From Bugula neritina (taxonomy: Eukaryota > Animalia > Bryozoa), in contig CAXIUT010000085.1 of the NCBI GenBank assembly GCA_964035545.1, positions 1-17,758 of the forward strand: a stretch of 17,758 nucleotides of DNA, read 5' to 3'. Positions within the stretch are counted from its first letter, which is position 1; the number at the start of each line of letters is the position of its first letter. This document shows positions 1 to 10,751 of the stretch, one piece after another. The notes beneath the pieces are model-generated. The model was given only the letters and a program-made list of their open reading frames with translations. It did no database searches and was not told where the DNA came from. A program made the position numbers and the translations under genes.

Positions 1-75
1 CCCAACCCCAACCCCAACCCCAACCCCAACCCCAACCCCAACCCCAACCCCAACCCCAACCCCAACCCCAACCCC
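1..75 (+). repeat. Left telomere, (CCCCAA)n
   Basis: Perfect C4A2 hexamer array at the window start, C-rich strand 5', as expected for a chromosome left end. Same repeat unit as Tetrahymena. Confidence 0.98.
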
Positions 76-202
76 TTTTTGGATAATTAGAAATATAGAT
101 AATATTATGAAGAAGTCCTATTTCAGTAATATAGTAAAGAAAATATTAATAAATGTCTTTGTAATGATGTAAAATTAATTATAATGTAGAATTTTTTCTA
201 TA

Positions 203-1352
203 TCAAAGAACTTATTCTTCCTAATGGGGAGGCTAAACTTTTTATTATTATTTTGTGACTATTTCTTAATTAATAGGTTAGCTCTTCAGATTTATGGTTT
301 CAACTTCTTTCACTTATGTCTATTCTATCTTTTCTTCAGGTTTTTCCTATTCCTTTTTAGCTTATTCATTTGGAGTATAAGGAGAGTTCATAGCTACACT
401 CTATATTTAAACGTGATCTGGAATAGGTTCTTCTTTTGTATTAATTTATGCCTTCATCTAAACTTTTATTTCATCTGGAATTGGCTAGTTTGTTAATATT
501 TTTTATTCTTTAATCTCTTATTTCTCTTCTTTGATCTATTCCTTCTTTTATTCTTTCAATTATTCTTTTTTGACTGATTTTACTCCTTTTGGAATATTAG
601 CTGGCTTTTGATCTCCTTTAACAGGTAATTTCTTAGTTGATGATGGTCCTACTGGTACTGGCAACTTTTTATCTGTTCCTTTTTAGTTTTTAGTTTTATT
701 AGCAACCGGACTTTTCATTCCTTGAGTTGACATAGATTTATGATCTTTTTCTTTGCTAGTATGTGATTTTTTTTCTTAATTTTCTTATTTTTTCTAAGTC
801 TAGACCTCGACATTTTTTTGATTAACTGGTTTTTTATCATTTGCACCATTTTTAATACCCACTCCTGGAGAAGCTTTAGATCCACTTGAAACAGCTGGCT
901 TAGGTTTAACATTTTTGTTGTCATTATGATCTAGATTACACTGGATATACCTTTCTGAACAACTGGAGTAGATACTCCCTTAGCTCCTGTGATAGGTGTC
1001 TTGTTTGCTGATACTTTATTACCTTAAGTTTTATGTTCTTCATGCTCACCTTTGGTTTCTTATTTTTTTGGAGGAATCTTAGATGTAGGCTTGCTTTATG
1101 GCTTTGTATCATTGCTTTATAAAGGTTTTCTTGGCTATTTAGATGTTACAGGGCGATCATTATTGTTAGATATTGGTTTAGAGTCTATATAAATAATGAT
1201 ATACTTGGTTTGACTGGTCCTTTAGGTTGGTTTTGGGCTTTAAGAGTAGCTATTTATTTTTTGAAAAGTTAGCTATCTGCTTAAAGGGTAGCAATTTTAT
1301 CTAAAAGAGGTTGTATAGCTGTTTGTATTTTCTAATCAACAGATAGTTCCAT
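203..1352 (-). CDS. Hypothetical Lys/Pro/Glu-rich low-complexity protein with a short N-terminal coiled coil (~369 aa)
   Basis: ATG at 1352 to TGA at 203-205 is open with TAR=Glu after removing two 20-nt GT-AG introns (1185-1204, 931-950). Spliced length 1110 nt is divisible by 3. N-terminus MELSVDEKIQTAIQPLLDKIATLEADSELFKKEIATLKAQ. Confidence 0.8.
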
Positions 1353-1602
1353 AGTTTTTTCGTGTATAAATTAAATTAAATATCTTACAAACTATATTTA
1401 GGATATTATAACAAACCAGAATCAGTGTTTTTCAAAACTGTTAAAAAGTGATTTATGACTTAACTTTTGAATTTAAACAATGATTTATCAACTATTCTTT
1501 TCAAATTGATTCAATCATTAGAAAAAAACTTAAATACCTTTTATCGAAAAGATGTTAATTTAGATAATATAATGAGTTATAAGGTAGTGTAATACTATAA
1601 TA

Positions 1603-2256
1603 TCATTGACCAAACCTAATCTTTTTATTCTTTTTGAATCTAATTTCATTCTTATTCATTGAAAAATGGATCTTTATTTATTGATCTTTAAACTATTACT
1701 CAGTAGATTGTAATTCTTATGACTGATTTTTACTTTTTTAAGGATTTTCAATTCTATATCTATTGATCTTGTTCGATATGTAGTGATTATTATGACTTTC
1801 TAAAACTTTCTCTATTTCCTGCTTAAAAGATAAATGATGTTTTTTCTGACTAGAAATCAAAGGTTTAAAGCTGACCACTTGAGTAGTCATTAAATATTTA
1901 TTTTTTGGCGATAGTTCTTGTAATTTATGATTGATTGTTCTTTTTTTGAGATTAGATGTTGTAAAAGTGATATTATTTAGTTTAACAGGAGTATAACTCA
2001 ATATATTTTTCAGGGGACTAAGTTCCTTTGATCTTGAAGTAGTTCTAGCTGTCTTGATTGTATTTTTGACATTATATTCATTAATAGGTACATTTCTGAG
2101 TTGATAAGACTGATTGGGAACACTGAGTGTATTGTAATGATGTTGTTTCGGTTCTTATTATTCGTTTTAGTCAATAAAAGGATCAGCTTACCAGTTGTTT
2201 GTTTTCATATGGGCCCAAGGAGAACAAGAAGGTTCGTTTATATTGTGTTTTTGCAT
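1603..2256 (-). CDS. Hypothetical protein (~217 aa)
   Basis: 654-nt open frame with TAR sense (MQKHNINEPSCSPWAHMKTNNW...), containing the listed ORF 1738..2001. A possible 21-nt intron spanning the TGA could extend the 3' end to about 1515. Confidence 0.65.
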
Positions 2257-2478
2257 AAAATAAATATTAATTAGTAGTAACAATAGTAAAATTAATAGTA
2301 GTTGCCTTAATCGTATAAATTATCTTGTTTCTTTTTAAATAACTTCTGAAATGATATTTTTATTGTGTTTTATGATTTATTAAATTTAATATTAATACGA
2401 AACTAATCGATAAAACCTCAAGATTAATTCTATTAATAATTAAAAATCAAGTTATAAATGCAATAGTAAAGATCATTT

Positions 2479-3299
2479 TCATTAAAGTAGCTCTAAAAAT
2501 ACTATTTTTATCACTATTGTATAGATGAGCTGGAGGATAGTGATGATAATGGCAAGAAAGAATTGGTTGGTTCCAAGAAGATGATTTTTGATATTTTTGA
2601 TCAAAAAGTAAGAAGAAGCAGCGAAAGTCAATGATAAAATAATCCACTGAAAGATACTAAATGGAATAATGCAAATAATAACAGCAGGCAGATAAATAAA
2701 AATCGAATATCCATAGAGACAGATAATCTAAATAAATGAATATTTACATCAGGAATAGAAAACTTGACTTTGCTACTGATGCAAGTCAGAATAAAGAAAA
2801 GACCTATTGGCACTCCAAAGCTGAATGTAAAGACAAAGCTAAAGGCATATCTGATATTTTATAATCTGAAAAAGTAAGATTCCCAAATATTTAGGCTAAA
2901 TTTTGATAATAAGTAATTAGAAAGATTCCCAATGAGACCCAAAAGGATGGTTAGAGTTACTGATATCCAGAAAGGTCCATAGAAGTCAGGCTGTCTATCA
3001 GTTCTTTATAAAAAGTCTTCAGTTGGAGGGATAGTGATAGCAGATTTGATTCTTGATATAAATTCTTCTTCTCCGATATTAAAATATTGTTTATAGTAAG
3101 AAAGTTGACAAAATCTTGTGCATCCTGTAAGTCTACTTTCATTTTATTTATCTATTTGTTGGGTTAGAGTGGCTTATGTTTGTGCTTTTTAGTCCATATC
3201 ATTTGTAATTTAAACCTAATTTGTTTATTAGGTGAAACGTTCTGCTGTGTTTGGTGGATCAATGCCTTCTTAGCCTTGTTATTAACCTATTGTGAACAT
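2479..3299 (-). CDS. YIPF1: Yip1-domain Golgi membrane protein (YIPF1/2-like, ~266 aa)
   Basis: Motifs SYYKQYFNI, RQPDFYGPFWISVTLTILLGLIGNLS and IICLYGYSIFIYLPAVIICIIP match YIPF1/2 as I recall them. Several hydrophobic segments. One 20-nt intron (2728-2747) is needed to keep the frame. Confidence 0.9.
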
Positions 3300-3472
3300 A
3301 TGCTATATTTTTTTAAATTATAAATTTTAAAAAAGGTACTTTATGGTCTTCAAATACGATAGTAAAATTATGAATACTGTAGTTATTGATGAAAAATTAT
3401 TTCTTTTTAGTTTTATAGAGAGAATATGAAAATGATGATAGTTTTATAAGGCAGAAAAATAAAGGGAATTAA

Positions 3473-3691
3473 TCACTTAGCTGCAGCTTCAGGCTCATCT
3501 ATATCCATAAGTACTGAAACAACAGGTTCTTTATTTTGAGCTTGTTTGAGTGCTTCTTCGACTTATGCTAAAAACTAAGGTGTTTCTAATTCTTTCAAGT
3601 TAATATCGTCAATGTTTTTCAAGGGATCTATGAGTGCACAATTTCCCAAGAGGAAGAGGAGGGCTAAGAGTAGAAGATGAATATAATTCAT
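3473..3691 (-). CDS. Small putatively secreted acidic protein (72 aa)
   Basis: MNYIHLLLLALLFLLGNCA-LIDPLKNIDDINLKELETPEFLAEVEEALKQAQNKEPVVSVLMDIDEPEAAAK*. Signal-peptide-like N-terminus. Clean ATG..TGA frame of 219 nt. Confidence 0.75.
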
Positions 3692-4269
3692 GTTTAGTTT
3701 CGATTAGAATATAGAAGTTATGAAATGTTCGATTAATTTCTCAAAGTAAAGTATAAATTCTAAATCTAAATTTTAAAAGTTCTCGAATGATTGCTAACAA
3801 AGATATGAATTCATAAAAAATATTAATTTTGATAGATGATAATATAAAGATTGATTTAGTTAGTGTTTTAATATTGTCTAAAAATACTTTTACAAGAGAT
3901 CTAAGAATCTGATTTTTACGACTTTGCTATATTTTTGATTTTCAGAGTAGAAATAACTCGATTATGCATTTTTATACTCTTTTATTAATGTTGGTATTGA
4001 AGAAAGTTATCCTAACTATTATCGGCGGGAATTTTTGAGTGCCAAAGAGATAAAAATAGTAATGTAGTAATGTTAGTTGCTAACTATTTATTCTATCAGA
4101 TGGAGATGGCATCTTTAAACTTATTATAGGTTAAGATTTTTGAATTAAGATATTTTTGAGTAATATTTTTGGGACAAAATTGCTATCTAAATGCTTAGAA
4201 TATAAAATAAACATCTTTATTTGATCAATACTTAAAAATTTTTTCCTATTTTGATTAGAGAAATGGTGA

Positions 4270-5705
4270 ATGACTGTTTTTAGTGCCTTTTTTTGGAGCA
4301 TTTCCAAATAATATAATTGCGAATAACTAAGTATGGATTACTTTGATTCAAAGCGGGCAAGGGGAAGTCGCTACATGTTGGATGCAAGTGAGTAATAATT
4401 TTAGTTCTCCTAGCAATCAGTCCAGAAGAGTATCAAGAATCCTCATTAACATTTTCAAAGCCTATACATCGCTAGAGATCGTTTCTGTGATTTCGTTAAT
4501 GACCTAGCAGATGATCGTTATACATAGATTAGAGAGGATATTTTGGTTCATTGCTAGCAAAATTCAAAAAAAGAAAGGGCCTATGATGTTTACATGAGTG
4601 ACTAGTCTATTCTCAAAATGATGAACTTGAGAATTGAAAAGTACCTTTTTTGATATTTAGAATGATCAAAAACAAAAGAATAAAGAAAAATTGGAGTGAA
4701 TAAGACGTTCAAATCCTCATTTGGGTCATTTCCAAGTACGCAGATAAAAAAGGTTTTGAAGATGTTGAAAAGGATTTGGTACTTTTTGAATTTATTTAGG
4801 ATGCAGCAGACTGGTAATTCCTTGCTTCTATCATTCCTGGAGTTTCAGGCTAGTCTTGTATGTTCAAATGGCTTAGCCTTAAAAAGATAAATTTAGCCAC
4901 AAACAACTGGAGTTAAGAGGAAAGCAACCTTTTAGCGAGTTTAGTATCCTAAAAAGGTTATGAAGGAAAGTCAAAGGATACTAAAGATTGGAAGATGATC
5001 TCTCAAAAGCTTTATTTTTTGAATCACCGTGAAGACAAAATTTTTAGAAACGCCAAACAGTGTCGATAACATTGGAACTGTTATTTGAATCCTAACTTGA
5101 AGAAAGGTCCTTGGAAGCCATAAGAAGATATTCAGTTGCTAAAATGTATAAAACAGAACAAAGGATCGAAAAAATGGTCAGAGATAGTCAAATACTTCGA
5201 TGGTCGTACTTAAAATGCTCTAAAGAATAGATATACTCTTATCATTGATAAGCAGAAGAAACATAATAAACATAAAACTTAACTATAGATAATATAAGAA
5301 TATTTGGTTCGTTGCTATGTCGACCAATTTACGACTTAAATAAAGCAAGGTTCATCTTAAGAGTAGAGAAGTGAAAGTTAGATGTCATTTTAGCCTTAAA
5401 TAAAATAAGAAGTAAATTCTCTTGAGGAAAGATTTTTGAGTCCTCAAAAAGGAAGTGGTAGCTATCAAACTCAACAACAACAGGTCATGACTCCTGGAAC
5501 TCCTATCACACCAGTTAAAATATAAAAATTCGGATAGTTTTTATCATTTATGGAAACAAAAAAAATAGATCTACATGCAATTCAATTTGGAAAATTGAGT
5601 AATGGAATATTTGAGAAGAGTTAGATGGAAGGAGAGAAGACTAGTTTATAGGAATGTCCTGGAGGGAAATTACATGTAAAAAGATATGCTTCATCTATGT
5701 TCTGA
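4270..5705 (+). CDS. Myb-family transcription factor with three Myb/SANT repeats (~465-471 aa)
   Basis: Repeats KNWSEEDVQIL..DWEFLASIIPGVSGESCMFKW, NWSEEESNLL..DWKMIS..RNAKQCREHWNCYLNP and KGPWKPEEDIQLL..KWSEIVKYFDGRTENALKNRY. 20-nt intron at 4641-4660 and a possible in-frame 21-nt intron at 4779-4799. Start is uncertain (4270 or 4333). Confidence 0.92.
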
Positions 5706-5807
5706 TATTATGATAACACTATTAGTTCTAATCATTATGATATTATATCGAATAAGATACTCATCAAGTTGTATAACTTTATTATATATTCTTTTATTAG
5801 GTAGCAA

Positions 5808-7751
5808 ATGACCGAAGAAAGTCAATTTGACCCGCCATAACAGGCAAATTCTACCAGAACAATCAGATGTCTCAAATGCGAATTTCCACATCTAGAGCAA
5901 ATCACACTTGAATAAAGCATCATGGAATCGCCTTATCTTGAAGAATTATGCAAGTTGATATCATACTCTATTCCTATTGATGTCTATCCTGTTGAATTAT
6001 TGAAACTTTATGAGAGAATTGCAAGTGTATACTACTAGAAAGTGTTTAGAAGGGATGAGAGTGATGTTGAGAGAGATTTTGAGGAGGATGTCTCTTAATT
6101 TGGAGTTGTAAAGGATGAAGAAAAAATCAATCAGATCGTTGAGGATAAAGTAAAGGTTAAAGCGAGAGTTAGTTCTTTGGATTTAAAACTTTATATTGAT
6201 AATTTCAGAGAAGAGTTGTAATAGAATGTGAGTGAGGAGTTGATAAAGATGGGAAGAATATTTTAAAGTTGGGCAGTGAAAGAGGTATCAGCTCCTGAAC
6301 TAGTGAAACAGCAAAAATACCAAAAAAACAATAAAAACTAAAAATACGATAAATCTCAATATCAAAAAGAATCAAAGCACTAGCAATAATTTAAATTCAA
6401 CAAATAGAAGAACAATACAGCAGTTAATAAAAATGATTTAGTGAATATAATGTTAGGAAAGAATAGGAGTTTATAGTAGAAGTAGATGAGACAGGAAATA
6501 ATCGATCGTGCTAAAGGTAATAAATGGTTATAGTAAAATACGAGATTGAGTTAGTTATAAAAAATAGGAATATAGATTAATTTTATATTAAATAGAATTA
6601 CTTAGGATTATTTTTAAGATTTTCTTTAGGAATTAAAACCTTATGCTACTGACTAGATATATTCTTTTATTTTATCAGATAAAATTATTTAAAAAGTTAT
6701 GTAGGAACATAATTTTATTGGTATTTATAGCAAATTGGTAAAAAAGTTGAAAGGGTTAAAAATGATAGTCGGAGGGGATAAGAAGTTGAAATTTAAAGCT
6801 ATTTTTGTTGAGAGGTTGCAGGAATGTTTTTACAATTTGGTGAGGAAGGGGTAGTGGTAGGATAAGGAGTAGTTATACAAAAAGCAACTGATAGGTATGA
6901 GTTTATTTGTAGGTTAGTTATTTTATCTTAAATTTCTATCAAAAAATATCTTTAGAGATTGTTTCTACTAGCTGCTAAGAGGATATATCATTCAATACAA
7001 CAAATACAAAGACAATAAATCGGTTATATACTATGAAAGTTATATTGAATGCATTTTGAAAATCATATAAAAAATGAGTAATAATTATGATAAATTAATG
7101 TTATAAAAAAATGTTGATGATTTGGATGTGGTTATTAGTGAAATGTTGGAATCAACTGCAATTGAAGATGCTAATTTTTAATATGTTTGTGATTATATTG
7201 AAATATTGAGAATTGTTAATGAGAGATTGCCAAGTAGTCGATTTAAAATTAAATTTTTATTGGAGGATTTTAGATGTGTTAAAATACTTAAAAAATAAAA
7301 ATAAAATGTTGAGAATAAATAATATTAAGCTATGAAAAATATACTAGTAGTTGATCCTAATAAAATTTAATAAACTAGAAATATTTCTAAATGGCTATAG
7401 GGTAGTAATCTTTAAATAATAATGAAAGATTTTTTATTTAAGTTTGCTTAAGGAAATCTGAAATCAGTGAATAAAAACATCTAGATTTACAAAAAAATGA
7501 TTTAATATGAAGGAATTGATCAAGCAACTATTGCATCTTTCAAAGATAACGTTGAAGGAATGTTTTCTATTGAATGTGATTATCCTTATTTGGGTTAGGG
7601 ACTGGCCAAAATAATGAAGATTGTGTGTGATTGCCAGAATGTTAATTACAGGGACTTGAGGTTGGGTGAAGAAGATCATGAAGATGAAGATATTCGTGAG
7701 TTTTTACAAAGTATTGAGGGTAAATATTATAAAATGATTATGTAAGATTGA
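5808..7751 (+). CDS. MIF4G-domain protein, eIF4G-like (647 aa)
   Basis: Intronless 1944-nt frame. INFILNRITEDYF, KIIEKVMEEHNFIGIYSKL, FKAIFVERLQECF, LIGMSLFVGELFYLKFLS, YIECILKII and SRFKIKFLLEDF parallel the eIF4G MIF4G helices (ILNKLT, IFEKA..EPNF, FRKLLLNRCQ, GNIKFIGELF, LECLCRLL, RIRFMLQD). Confidence 0.82.
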
Positions 7752-7783
7752 TTCAATTAGTATTATTTCATTTATTATTAAAG

Positions 7784-8266
7784 ATGGCTTCATGCTAAAC
7801 TTGCCAAGCCCTACTCGCAGCTCTTAAAGGTGAAATTATTGAACTTCAAGAAAGATAGCAAGTTCTTTTATAGGCCAATGATGAACTTATGAAGGAAATC
7901 GAGGAAGGACAGGTCGATGATGAAGATGAAATCTTGTGGAAAAAACTATATTTATAACAACAATCAAAAAATAACATCCTATAATACAAAATAAATGCCC
8001 AAAGAAGTTAGAGGAAGCAGCAATATAATAATGAGAGGTAAAATTTTGTTCATCATAATCAATCTGTATCTGGTTTTTTGACTGATAGAACAGTTAAAAA
8101 CGATAATAAATCGTTGAGGAGTGGAACCAGGATGTCTGAGTTGATGAAAGGGTTGCTAGAATAAAAAATGAACGACAGACAGAGTTTGAAGCGAGTTGCT
8201 GGAAAGGAGAACAGGAAGTAAAGAGAGGTGATACTAAGGATAGTGGATAAGCGTTTGGGTAGATGA
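7784..8266 (+). CDS. Hypothetical coiled-coil protein (160 aa)
   Basis: 483-nt open frame MASCETCQALLAALKGEIIELQEREQVLLEANDELMKEIEE... ending in TGA. Heptad-like N-terminal half. Confidence 0.75.
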
Positions 8267-8286
8267 TGATGATATAATGATAAAAA

Positions 8287-10455
8287 TCAGCATGTTTGTA
8301 CAAAAACATTATTTTTCCAAATACCTTGAACAATATCTCCATTAGCTTTCATATAAACTCCTTTTCCATCAATTAGATCATCTTTGAATTGTCCTTCAAA
8401 GCGATCATTATTGACAAAATTGATAGCTCCTTTTCCATTTCTCTAATCATTAGAAAAAGATCCCTAGTAGAAAAGCCATCGATCTTGTATCTCATTCAAA
8501 TTTGCATGATTGATGGGTTCTTTGTTTGAATTTAGGTTGGGGGCATCATTGTATACTTTGCCTTATCCATGAAATTTGTTGTTTTGCCAGTGTCCTTCAT
8601 ATGCGATATCATTATTGGGATAAAATAGTTTTCCATAGCCTTACATTATATTATCTTTCCATTTTCCCTCAAAATATCCTCCTTATTTATATATAAATCT
8701 CCCAATTCCGTTTCTTTTGCCATTACAAATGTATCCCTAATATTTTCCTTATAATGTTTATTAGATGATAAACTAAGCTGATGAATTTTATGGTTTTGGT
8801 AATGGTTGATCAAGAGTCGATTGATAGGTTGGTTTTACATTAGTAGATGATATCTATGGTGGTTTGGTGGGTTGGTTAGTTTGATTTTGAATGGTTGCTT
8901 ATGGAGATGTGGGTTGAACTTGGTTGTCGATATGGATTGATCCGAATTTAGTTTATGAGAACCTTTTGGACTAAATAGGTCTGGTTTATATATTATGATT
9001 GAATTTGATAGTATTTGATGGAAGTTCAATTGAGTTGGCAGGGGTAATAAGGGGGTTAAAGTTGTGAGTGATGGTTGGTTTTTTGGCAGGTATTGATTAT
9101 TTTTTTATTGTTGATATTTGATTAATAGAGCTATCTTTTTCTTTTTATGTTAGATTTAATAAACTTTGATAAGGTGTGTAGTTGGGAGTGGTCGGAGGGT
9201 TTTGATTGTTTTGTTTATAACTTTACATTTTAAATGTTGGTTCAGGTTGATTCAATATTCTTTCTTGAGGTTTAATCGGTTCTGGATGTTTGAAAGGAAG
9301 AGGCGGCAGTGGATTAATTTTGAATTTATCTTAATTTTGGTAGACTACTTGTACGTTTGAGGATGGTATTTATTATTTTTTTAAGGCTGGTGGAGTATCT
9401 TGTTGATAGTTTGCTTTGTTGACTTGAGGAGTCGGTTAAAATGAGTTTACATGAAGCAAATTGCTCCAGTTAATATTATTTTTTTAAGTCATGAGATTAA
9501 GGATAGGTGTTTATTTGTTCTTTGGAGGTTATGGTTTCTTATTGGTCGATGTATTGCTCATAAAGCTGGTATTACCTGATGAGGCAGTATAGATAGTTTT
9601 ATCTTCTATCTGATTGATGATATCTTCTAGCCTGGGTCTTTATTTGAACTCCAAAATCAACATTTTCTCCAAAATCGAGCAAAACTGTCCACTATATCTC
9701 GTCTGCATTTCAGTTATAGCAGGCAAATATGAATCAAAATTGAATTTTCTAGTATTTTTATTATAGTAGTTGACTGTTTTAAGATTGCCAATTTCTAGGA
9801 TGATCATAGCGAGTATGAAAACATCTGATTTTTATTTTTAGTAGAAATAAAAATTATTATCTTAAACCAAATTGACTAATTCAGGTGAGATGTATCTAAT
9901 TGAGCATTGAGGGGTATCTTAGTTCATCAGTGAGAGATAATTTTTGTTGGAGGGTACGAGAACGCAATCGGCTATTTTGACTATTCCTGATTTATCAATA
10001 AATATCTGTTATGTATTCAGACACTAGTGATTGAATTTGTTAATGTAGAGAGAGTAGAGGGCATTGCAGCAACTATAGAGGATGCTCCACATTTAATCTT
10101 ATGTGAAATATTTTTTAGGATTGGGGGCGGTTCTTTACCAAATCTAATCTTTTATGTTTTTGAATGGATATTATACCAATGTTTTTATTTTGAACATTGA
10201 TGAGCACATGTTTTGTTGGTTGATGCGTGTGTGTTAAAGTAGTTATAGGAGATGTGGGTTTTTTACTTTTTTTCTTTTGTCGAGCAATTTGATGTAGGAT
10301 TGCATTTATTATTCTAGATGGAAAGTTAGTATTCTGAGTAGGAGTTAATCTCCTTTCTTTTTACGTCTGACCCAAAACTATCCAGGCGATATTGTTTTAA
10401 CTATATTGTAGTTTTAAGTTATGAGTTATTTTTGTTTTGTTTCTTCTTGGCCCAT
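8287..10455 (-). CDS. Pseudokinase + Pro/Asn-rich linker + C-terminal MORN repeats (722 aa)
   Basis: Intronless 2169-nt frame. Kinase-fold motifs KNPHLLEL, YFTEDEMWSIL, IFIDKSGIVKIAD, YISPEL, KSDVFILAMIILE and MLILEFKERP. MORN repeats YEGYICNGKRNGIG, FEGKWKDNIMEGYG, YEGHWQNNKFHGEG, YEGSFSNDERNGKG and FEGQFKDDLIDGKG. Confidence 0.9.
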
Positions 10456-10515
10456 TAATAAAATATAAATGGCAATATAATTTTATTAAAATATTATTGT
10501 TGATTTTTAAAATAA

Positions 10516-10602
10516 GGGGGTGGGGTTGGGGTTGGGGTTGGGGTTGGGGTTGGGGTTGGGGTTGGGGTTGGGGTTTGGGGTTGGGGTTGGGGTTGGGGTT
10601 GG
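10516..10602 (+). repeat. Right telomere (TTGGGG)n of the first minichromosome (internal in this contig)
   Basis: About 14 G4T2 units, including one G4T3 variant near 10574. Begins 60 nt upstream of the ATG at 10455. Confidence 0.95.
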
Positions 10603-10645
10603 ATATGTTGAATATTATTGATGAAATTGATATATTAATCAAAAA

Positions 10646-10751
10646 GGGGTTGGGGTTGGGGTTGGGGTTGGGGTTGGGGTTGGGGTTGGGGTTGGGGTTG
10701 GGGTTGGGGTTGGGGTTGGGGTTGGGGTTGGGGTTGGGGTTGGGGTTGGGT
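10646..10751 (+). repeat. Second internal (TTGGGG)n tract
   Basis: About 17 G4T2 units after a 43-nt AT-rich spacer (10603-10645), in the same orientation as the preceding tract. Confidence 0.95.

Noticed and set aside
3900-4269. Possible additional small gene or upstream Myb exons, including a 20-nt GT-AG segment at 4130-4149
   Set aside because: I could not build a consistent ATG-to-TGA model joined to the Myb frame. Left as divergent intergenic sequence.
4270-7751. Standard ciliate code (table 6, TAR=Gln), or split meanings for TAA and TAG
   Set aside because: Both codons fall on conserved Glu positions (CREHW, GRTEN, FVGELF, YEG), while conserved Gln uses CAR.
224-9360. Short standard-code ORFs such as 224..496, 715..924, 2957..3142, 4696..4890, 5691..5891, 7464..7679, 8094..8342, 8835..9029 and 9166..9360
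   Set aside because: They are antisense or off-frame shadows of longer genes that appear once TAA/TAG are read as sense.
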